A stretch of DNA of 56,786 nucleotides, filler included, from Sphacelaria rigidula (lineage: Eukaryota), in the NCBI GenBank assembly GCA_964200075.2. It is 5 parts of 5 records of this genome, joined end to end, with 100 filler letters (N's around TTAATTAATTAA, not from the genome) between each part and the next. Parts side by side here need not be neighbours in the genome. Positions count along the whole stretch, not along the records: positions 22,756 to 34,032 come from CAXNAA020005127.1; positions 34,133 to 45,409 come from CAXNAA020005128.1; 3 more parts are not named here. One strand, written 5' to 3'. Shown here piece by piece: positions 25,701 through 34,780 of this stretch. The notes beneath the pieces are model-generated. The model did not search any database. It was not told the DNA's origin and was given only the letters and a program-made list of their open reading frames with translations. Position numbers and translations under genes: made by a program. Positions within the stretch are counted from its first letter, which is position 1, and each line of letters opens with the position of its first letter.

Positions 25701-27911
25701 AGATGTTCGTCATCGAGAGACTGCCGCAGTGAAGCTCCAAACAAACTGTATGCTCCCTATCGTATAATCACTCAGGATCGGGGGATACTACGCATGCGGT
25801 CCACCTAATGAATGAGATTCATCTCTGCACTCAAATATTGAACGGCTTACGGGCTGACAGGTCCTCGAGGATCGTGCGACTACCCACCCCCAGGATCTGA
25901 CCCTTCGGTATGTTGGCACAGTCAAAGCAATGGCGATAATTCTCGTGAGCAAATGTGAACACTTCTTTTTGAATTGCCACCTATGCCTTGCACTAAAGCC
26001 GAAATACTGTGTTTTTTGGGCCAGTGATGGAAGAAACACCCTGAACGAGGTCCATACTTTGTTTTACTCCGACAAAACCAACTCGAGAGGATTGTGTCGT
26101 AAACACCACCCGCTTTTTCTCTCAATATCAAAGCGCTAGGACGTTCGGGTGCTGAAGAAGGATACTGAGGTGAAAATTTCAGGGAAATACCCCACCCCGT
26201 CAATCGTCCGACCAAGCTCTGTCTAGCATAGCAGGCGAGGTAGATCAATCCCGATCGCTCTCGTGAATAGTTCCACGAACCTGTACTTTGTTCATAACCT
26301 TTCATTACGCCAGAGTCGAGAAGGAAAGTGTTTTGAGCCAAAAGCGTTCTTTGAAAAGATGGACAATTAGCCCGTAAGTCGTTCAAAATTTAACACTATG
26401 ATCATTCTTGTCTCGGATCTCCGAGCGGATGCCAGGTGCCCCGATCCCCGAACTTCGGGATTAAATAGGCACTGATGTAAACGATGGCACCCGACAGGAC
26501 TGTTGACAATCGCTGACTACGAAAGAGGCACAAGGATTCCTTGGTTTAGCTGGAACTGCTGCAAGTATGCCCAAGGGTCTCGTGTTTCCGCGTCCAGTTG
26601 TTGTATCAGAAACCTTCTGAGCCCGACACTTCACTAGCTCATATAATTTCATTCCACCCTGAGAATAAGAAATACAGATTCAGTGTTCACACCCTCCATA
26701 CAAATGGGGCGCAAGAGAGTATCACTGGTCTCCGAAGAGGATGCATTTCCACAAACGTTCCTCGTTTGGAGTTCTGCAGCGTTTGGATACAGGTGGTGAC
26801 ACATGTATCCAAACATTACAGAGCCCCGATGACTGATATGAGCACAGCTCCCTGTTTCACGCTACCTCGTGAATGCCGTATGACATCTCGGTAGTATGCA
26901 CAATATTCGCGCTTTCGTCGCAACCAATTTGGAGCATCTTCACACTACCCACACAGGATCAAATGATGTGTCCCTACAGGGCATTGCAGTAAGCTAGATA
27001 CGTGATCGAATCGACGCATGCTGCCCACATCTATACCATCCGGGTATGGACTTTCGACATCGATCGCTGATGGTTTACGGATGTCCCCCACATGTACTGA
27101 CTGTCCAGCTTGTACAACCTCCGGTGCCAGGCACTCAAAAGCAAGAATGGTCGCTGGCGTATTCATGAAGGAACCATACCAGCGACCTGGATACTAAAGC
27201 AGGTGACCCGATTCCCAGCGGCCCGCTTTCAATAAGGTCATTTAGACATCTGCCGCCTAGATTCCCTTGTCGCACCTCTCTGAATTTGAGGCCGTCTTTT
27301 TCCTGCCTTGGCCGAAATGAGCCTTGAGACAAAAGGGCCGATTCTTCGCCATCGCGTAGTCGTCAGCACGTCAAAACCTCCGGCACTACACAGGCAGGGT
27401 GCGTGTCACCGCTGAGACAACACCATGCCATCAATGAAGTACAATGCAGCGATTATTTTCTCCGTCAACTAGGGCAACAACGCCTGCAGCTTGTTGACCC
27501 GACATAAGGCCCCTTTCATAAGCCCGGTTTGGCCTTTTCAGGACCGCCCCTCAATCGGTTGTACGCCGTTGTCGATGTTAGGCCTACTTACTCGGCATCT
27601 ATCATCCCGGCCTTGTATCGGGTCACCTGCAGAATAGGGTTTTGTGCTTTTTCAGAGTTGAACGTCGCCCGCCTTGTCAAGTCGTCCGTGCCGTAGTCGC
27701 AGCATCGCAACTGTGATCCTCAGGGAAAAGGCGCCGTACCGGCTGTAGCGACCATGCTGCAGTAGATATCCTTCTCGCCTGGTCACTCCACGGTTGGTTG
27801 TTGTCCACTCCAGCCTACATGCCCTTGGTTCATCCAGATACTGTGATGATGTACGCTCCCATACATATTAGCACGACAGTTCGGAGTATCTGTGCTGTTT
27901 GTTTCGCGCAG

Positions 27912-29210
27912 GCTGCTTGAAATGACCATCCTTCGGTGCGGCCGGTGACAGGAAAGCGGAGTTCTGCGGCACACACACGCCGGGAGGCATTAATAGTGCA
28001 GTCGGCGAGCAGTGCGACAAGGAGGGCTGCCCCAGTAACGAATCGTTGGGTGCAGCCGGCGACAGCAAGGTAGAGTTCTGCGGCACACACACCCAGACGG
28101 GGATGGTTAACGTGAGAAACAATCGTTGCGGCGAGGAGGGCTGCTCCAAATACCCATCGTATGGTACAGCCGGTGGCAAGAGGGCGGAGTTATGCGCTAC
28201 ACATGCCCCAGCGGGCATGATCAACGTCGAAGGCAAGCCGTGCGGCAGGGAGGGTTGCTCCAAATACCCATCGTACAGTACAGCCGGTGTCAGGAAGGCG
28301 GAGTTCTGCCCCACACACACCCGGGCGGGGAGATACAAGCGTTGCGCCCAAGAGGGCTGTCTCAAACAACCATCGTACGGTACAGCCGGTGGCAGAAATG
28401 CGGAGTTCTGCGCCACACATGCTCGGACGGGGATGGTTGACGTGAGAAGCAGGCGTTGCGGCCAAGAGGGCTGTCTCAAACAACCATCATACGGTTCAGC
28501 CGGTGACAGAAAGGCACAGTTCTGCGCCACACACGCCCGGACGGGGATGGTTAACGTGAAAGCCAGGCGTTGCGGCCAGGAGGGCTGTCTCAAACAACGA
28601 TCATACGGTTCAGCCGGTGGCAGGAAGGCGGAGTTCTGCCCCACACACGCCCAGGCGGGGATGGTTGACGTGAAAAGCAGGCGTTGCGGCCAGGAGGGCT
28701 GCCTCAAACAACCGTCGTACTGTGCAGCCGGTGACAGGAAGGCGGAGTTCTGCGGCACACACGCTCGCACGGGGATGGTTAACGTAAAAAGCAGGCGTTG
28801 CGGCCAGGAGGGCTGTCTCAAACAACCATCGTACGGTGCAGTCGGTGACAGGACGGCGGAGTTCTGCGCCACACACGCTCGCACGGGGATGGTTAACGTG
28901 AGAAGCAGGCGTTGCGGCCAGGAGGGCTGCTCCAAACTTCCATCGTTCGGTGCAGCTGGTGGCAGGAAGGCGGAGTTCTGCGCCACACACGCCCGGGCGG
29001 GCATCGTCAACTTGACAAAAACGCCGGGCGGGAAGGAAGGATGTTTCGAACAACCATTGTTCGGTGCAGCTAGGGCAGCTGGTGCCAGGAAGGTGGAGGT
29101 TTGCGCCACGCGCGCCTCGGGCGGCATGGTTGACGTGAAGAACAATCGATGCGGCAAGCAGGGTTGCTCGAAACACCCGTCGTTCGGTGCAGCTGATGGC
29201 AAGGAGGCGA
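27912..29210 (+). repeat. 114-bp coding tandem repeat array (about 12 units, including two degenerate upstream units)
   Basis: Recurring GGCGGAGTTCTGC(G/C)CCACACACGC...GGGATGGTT(A/G)ACGTGA...GCGTTGCGGCCAGGAGGGCTG at a 114-nt period. One unit has a 12-nt in-frame deletion and one a 9-nt in-frame insertion. Confidence 0.9.
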
Positions 29211-29752
29211 ACGGTAAAGGACGCGCACATTCATGGGATGCCGGTCCTAACGCGAACGATGGTACCCACGACATGAATGCTCGTCTCAGCTCGCGAGCCA
29301 TCCGTGCGAGGCAACGGGTTGCAAATGTTACACCAACACCGCCTTCCGTCCTGGGACAGCCTCCCGATGCGGCGACGGTAGATTGGGTTTCTCTTGATTG
29401 GAGAGAGACGCGAATAAAAATGGAAATGGAGACGACTATAGAGCCCGCGCAAGTTTTCAAGGTGGTGAGGAGTAGAGGCGAACTACTTACTGCGCAATCC
29501 AACAGTTGCGACGGCGTGGGCAATGGTAGCTCCAGAGGCACGGCTATGAGAACGAGGTGCGGTAGTAGCATCACGAGTGGAAGGAACACGAAGCGGCTAC
29601 GCCGAACAGCGCAGGTGGAGCGGTTATTTGACGTGACAGTGGGAGATGCTGTGATATCTGATGAGGTTGTAGCGAACGTGAAGTTGGAACTGGACGCTTC
29701 TGCTTGCTCTGGTCGCGTGCCCGCGTCCTTATCCCGTACGCCAGAAAGGTAG
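28103..29752 (+). CDS. EsV-1-7-type cysteine-rich (C-x4-C...C-x2-H) tandem zinc-finger repeat protein
   Basis: Stop-free frame 27926-29752 with first in-frame ATG at 28103. About ten 38-aa units of consensus GMVNVKSRRCGQEGCLKQPSYGxAGxRKAEFCATHART, matching the EsV-1-7 repeat of phaeoviruses and brown algae, followed by a non-repeat C-terminal tail. Start codon uncertain. Confidence 0.85.
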   Translation: MVNVRNNRCGEEGCSKYPSYGTAGGKRAELCATHAPAGMINVEGKPCGREGCSKYPSYSTAGVRKAEFCPTHTRAGRYKRCAQEGCLKQPSYGTAGGRNAEFCATHARTGMVDVRSRRCGQEGCLKQPSYGSAGDRKAQFCATHARTGMVNVKARRCGQEGCLKQRSYGSAGGRKAEFCPTHAQAGMVDVKSRRCGQEGCLKQPSYCAAGDRKAEFCGTHARTGMVNVKSRRCGQEGCLKQPSYGAVGDRTAEFCATHARTGMVNVRSRRCGQEGCSKLPSFGAAGGRKAEFCATHARAGIVNLTKTPGGKEGCFEQPLFGAARAAGARKVEVCATRASGGMVDVKNNRCGKQGCSKHPSFGAADGKEANGKGRAHSWDAGPNANDGTHDMNARLSSRAIRARQRVANVTPTPPSVLGQPPDAATVDWVSLDWRETRIKMEMETTIEPAQVFKVVRSRGELLTAQSNSCDGVGNGSSRGTAMRTRCGSSITSGRNTKRLRRTAQVERLFDVTVGDAVISDEVVANVKLELDASACSGRVPASLSRTPER

Positions 29753-30135
29753 CTTGATGGCAGGGACCGTGCACGCCTTCTTTCCCGCCCGGGGTTTTCG
29801 TGTCAGCGCTTTTCAACGGTATCCGCTTGCTGTGCAGGGCGTGACTCGTACAAATCTCCGCGAAGAGTAGGAGTTGACTTGTTTCCGGGCGGCACGGTGC
29901 CATTGTGTTTGGATGGTGAGCAGGGGGGATGGATGTCGCCATATAATATTTGTAAATCCTTTTATTATGACTGATCATGTTTAGCCGCGTTTTAGGTAGC
30001 ATGGTTGTCGTCATTTCGGCTGATTTCCGTCTCTTCGATCTCATAGCATGTCCTTGGTGGATGCCTCTGTACTTTCGGTAGGAGCGATGCTTCGATATAA
30101 GTTGCACTTCTTGCTGCTGGGTTTATTGTTTTCAC

Positions 30136-30402
30136 GAGCCCAAATATTTGGGGCTCACTGTGCAATCCAAATATACGGAGACCGTACTTTGATCAACGAG
30201 TGATGCTTCGGTAGGGTTGCACTTTTTGAGCGCAAATGTTTTTCGGGGTGTTGCAAGCATCACTTTGAGAATCGGCATCATTTTTCCTTGTCGTTCTTTA
30301 GACTGAAAATGATGCTGATTCAATGAAAAGGCCCCTGTGTGCATCTCCATGCCCTGTCCCCGGAGATTTGGGTTGCACAGTAAGCCCCATATATTTGGGC
30401 TC
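30136..30402. mobile_element. MITE-like element with ~37-bp imperfect terminal inverted repeats
   Basis: GAGCCCAAATATTTGGGGCTCACTGTGCAATCCAAAT (30136-30172) versus ATTTGGGTTGCACAGTAAGCCCCATATATTTGGGCTC (30366-30402): 3 mismatches. No clear TSD. Confidence 0.6.
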
Positions 30403-31377
30403 CTACAAAAACGAGACCCAGAAACAAAAAGGGCAACACCTATCGTAGCATTGGTCCAACGTGAAGTACGTACGCGGGGGCCTTTTTGTGAATCGGCATC
30501 ATTTTCAGTCTTTTTCAAGTTCCAATTTTCAAGTTGGTTGTTGTCTCAGGCTATTCCAGATTCGGCGTTAGATTTTTGTGACAGAAAACACTCTCGTTTT
30601 TTCCGGAAATCTTTTGAAAAGAACAACCAGAACTTTTCGAGAAACGAGCAGACGTTTCGAAACACTGCTCGAAACATGACCCCATTATATAGAGTACAAG
30701 ATACCACACTGAACACAACACAATTCTGCAGTGGTATATGGAGTACGAAGTACTATACTGAACACAATACAATCTTGCAGTGTTTTTTAGAATCTGAACA
30801 CGGACTGTGCGCAAAAAGCCTTCATCGCAAAGATGCCCGCCCGTCCGTAGCTATCACCGCAACCCTGCAGCAACGAGCACGAGTTGATCACAGGGATAGA
30901 TTCACTGCAGTAGCTGGGTATGCTTTGTTACTTTTGGCGAAAACTGGTGCGTCTTCTCTCGTTGTGGGCATCAGCGACAGAAATGCGTTGTACGGTGGGC
31001 AACCGGGTTACGTGCACGCTCATGGATAGTGCAGTTTGTACAAAGCTGCACGTTGCTGAAGTCTTTTTCACGTTGCACTGGAGACAGGGAGAACTAATAG
31101 TCCTGGGCTGTCTGCACTGCATGTTGCTCGCTTCTCCTTCATACCCTCCTGAACGAAACACGCACACACGCACTCAAGACACCCTGCTTGCAAGCGGTGC
31201 AGACAGTACAGGCTGTGTGTACTGTACACGAGTAACCATGTGCCGTGTCACGAATTGCTCTGTATTTTTTGGATCGAAAGCTTGAACATCCATCTGGACC
31301 CACCTGCATCAAAACAAGACAATTTCGTTCAGATCGATTCCACCGCTCCATTTTTTCGAGCGAAAAGACAGACCCTA

Positions 31378-33720
31378 ACCACCAGTCCGAAGCCCTACAG
31401 TATCGACAAGCAGTTTTGTACAAATTGGAACCCAGATCTGCACGCAGGTTTGAATATGCGGCGGGTCTGGAAGTGGTCGTGAGTCCAAGCAGGTCCAACG
31501 TCTGTGTAATGCTGCAGACAAGACTCAACAAGGCAACACAACACCTATACACCAAGCCGCGGAGAAACACGCACAGACACCCAGCACGCACGCGCATTAG
31601 TTTCACTGCTGCTAGCCCTTGCTCATCTACACACAACAGCCGTTGTTTTACAGCAAATCGAGCCGTGCTGCTCATCAGCTGTGCCCCTTGTGCGTGACCT
31701 TGCTCGCATACAGGGTTATTCCTTTTCAATATTATGGAGGCGGTATTTTTCGAGATTAGGCGCCGCAACACAGTACACCAGGCGTCTGATGATACTGAAA
31801 CTTGACGTATGTGTGGACTGAAGCCGCAGGTAGGTGTTGACGCAGCAGATTCGGTGACCGAAGTCGTATTGTGCGCTGCGTGGTTTGAAAGGATGATTAT
31901 GCACGATGCTGCAGAGATTCCGAAAACAAGAACACTTTCTGATGACGATTCTAGAGGGTAACGGTATAAATCTGCGAGAAGACAGGAGTAGATCTTGCCA
32001 TATTTGTTGCTTAGATTGCCCCCCTGTGGTCAAGGCTGGCACCAAGGCCGGAAAAAACCGCTGGTTTAGGCTCTCCATATGTTAGAGACAGATACCCCTG
32101 AAGTTTATACACCGTGCCGAGCAAGACGTGGCCCCACAACGCAGCCAAGGAGATGAGTGTCTTCTGTCAAGGACCACTGCGGACCTGCTCGGGCAGGGGG
32201 CAACATCTCCTCCCTCACAGTGCCATGCCTAGCTTGGGCGTTACCACGACTGTCTGAAAAATACAGGGGCAGTTGCTGTAGTTTTTTTCTATCAGAATCA
32301 ATCAGATATTTTTCCGTAGTGTTCTCCCACGTGAAGATGTTTACCTTTTTCTGGAAGGCGCGTGATCACCCTTGTGCAGAGTTTTCCCCTGGTTCCATAA
32401 TAGAACAGAGTGCGAGTTGCAATCTGATTTTTTGCACGAATGGATCGCGGGTATTCTAGCCCTGTCGAGGCGTGGCTCGCATCGTACAGTCAGTTCCACA
32501 GTACTTGTTGTACTGGCACTGGGAACACACAGTGTCAACTTACAATTGCGCGGATACATATCGTGAGATAAACGCTTTCTGCATTCGTAGTGATAGGCAT
32601 GCTTTCCCATTCGGCTGTCAAACGCGTGAAAGCTGGTCTGTAGCGCCAGGTATCTGTGCTGGTGTGGAGACCTCTCTTCCAAGGACGTCCGCCATTTTTA
32701 GTGTCAGCATATTTTAAGCCTTGGAGTATGACCGCCTTCGATTGACGCCGCGGATGATGAGTTATAATTTCAGTATAATGCCTCCATAACATTGAAAAGA
32801 AACAACACCGCATATTTCCAGAATTCATTGGGAAATGATGATTTGTGTGAGACGCGCGCGCAGCACACGCTTACAAGACGGTCAGCAACGGCACGTTTTC
32901 GGTTGTTTTTGACACGCATGCAGCCGCCATTCGTCCAATACAGAACGGATTTCTGTCAAACAAAGACTGCCGTGTGTAGGTTAGCCAGGGCTAGCAGTGA
33001 AAGCAATGCATGGTTAGGAAAAATTAAATCGTGATTCAACTCATGTTCATCATTTTAACGAATAAAGCATATGAGTCGTACATCATTTGTAATTCATCCA
33101 GGTTTCGACGCCTTGTGTCGTGCAGTACACCGTCAACGATACCCGTTTCCTACCTCCAGGTCATGAGGGGCAGATCATGGACACATGTTGACCCCCTGTA
33201 GAAACAATGCGGAATTGATCGATTGTACATGCCACCCACACTTACCTGAGGCGTGAATGGCATCTACACTTGTGTCATGCGTATGTCTCCGTGCGGGACG
33301 CAGAGTCGGCATATCGTTGAATTCTGTCATGACATGAGCCTTGCACCAGTCGTACTTTTCTCCCAATCTGTATGCGGTTGAGATGACTGTACGGCATATG
33401 CTATTCACCGTTGGATGCACGCGGGACCAAAACTTGAATGCAGGTTGACTACTGTCATGTCACGAGGAGTCAACTCGTAAAAATCTTGATTTGCCCTAAC
33501 CGTGAACTAATGCGCGTGAGTGGTGTGTGTCTGTGCGTGTTTTTTCGGGGCTGGGTGTGTAGTTGTTGTGTTGCCGTGTTTTGTCTTTTCTGCAGCATTA
33601 CACAGACCTTGGACCTGCTTGGACGAACGACCACTTCCAGACCCGCTGCATTTCTCAATCTGCGTGCAGATCTGGGTTCGAATCTGTACGGAACTGCTTG
33701 TCGATAGGACTGGGGACTGG
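31378..33720. repeat. Inverted pair of ~220-bp homologous segments (31378-31606 and 33502-33720)
   Basis: Read in the same orientation the copies give SITQTLDLLGLTTTSRPAAYSNLRADLGSNLYKTACR and SITQTLDLLGRTTTSRPAAFLNLRADLGSNLYGTACR; 13 differences over 111 aligned nt. Confidence 0.85.
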
Positions 33721-34032
33721 TCGTTATAGGGTCAATCCCCTGTCGAAAGGGGATTGTGAAAAAGGGGATAATCCTCTTCGTCAACCCCTAGACCGCGACG
33801 AGGGGTGACCTGCCGAATCGGCATCAATTATTAGGGGATTCTATGAAATGACGTTGATCAATAAAATAAGGTTTGAGGAGGCTAGCCAGTATGCGACAAA
33901 ACTCCGAGGGAAGAACCGTTCGCAAGTGCCTTCGATCATTACCGGGGGGGGGGGGGGGGGGCGTACTCATTCGTTGCTCGCCTTAGTCTCCGAGGGAAGA
34001 ACCGTTCGCAAGTGCCTTCGATCATTACCGGG

Positions 34033-34132
34033 NNNNNNNNNNNNNNNNNNNNNNNNNNNNNNNNNNNNNNNNNNNNTTAATTAATTAANNNNNNNNNNNN
34101 NNNNNNNNNNNNNNNNNNNNNNNNNNNNNNNN
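34033..34132. other. Artificial contig linker (N44-TTAATTAATTAA-N44)
   Basis: Same 100-bp spacer. Confidence 0.97.
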
Positions 34133-34780
34133 TGTGCTCCGTCCCGGCTTTGTAGGGATGCGAGGCCAATGGTGTGATCCTGAGGAGGGAGAAAGGATCG
34201 GGAGTGTGATGAATTGAAAAATATGAAAGATGGGAAAGATAGACGTGCGAGAAGACAGTCAGCACAGTCGTTTTTTGATGTCGACACACGATCGATGGCG
34301 ATATGGTTTCTTGAAGATTGACCGTGGAAGGCGAGAGAACTTGAGGTCCACTGCTGTGACAACAGCCTTACTTGGATGTATGCCCCCCCCCCCCCCCCCC
34401 CCCCCCACCCCCACCCCCCCCCCCCACCCCTCTCNNNNNNNNNNTTTTTTGAAAAATGACGGGGGGAGGGGAGAGAAGGGGGGGGCCCCTGCTGGGAAAA
34501 CACCCTTCTTCCCCCTTTTGTCCCCCCCCCCCCCCCCCCCAAATACATACACCCACGGATTGTGCTTTGTTTTTGTTTCTCAAGTAAAAACTCATGAGAT
34601 ATAACAAGAACAAGTCCATATCGTACAAATAGCCGTTTCTGTACATGATGTCTATTGTTAATTGGATGACAACGCGCACCCAATGATTACACAATGATTC
34701 CGATCTTTATTTTTGTTCTGCTACGTGAACGCGTCGCGGGGTGGGGGGTGGGGGATGCCTTCCAAAATATACACGCGCAG

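Noticed and set aside
27868-29589. 573-aa minus-strand ORF with 38-aa repeats
   Set aside because: Antisense shadow of the EsV-1-7 array; a stop-free unit repeated in tandem gives a long ORF automatically.
31405-31482. WNPDLHAGLNMRR resembling the TnpB/Fanzor RuvC-III motif (NRDxNAAxNI)
   Set aside because: No zinc finger or other RuvC motifs nearby, the second copy has a stop in this frame, and the substitution pattern favours another frame.
34081-34694. Gly/Pro-rich ORFs across poly-C/G tracts and Ns (also 37871-38193)
   Set aside because: Produced by homopolymers and gap characters.
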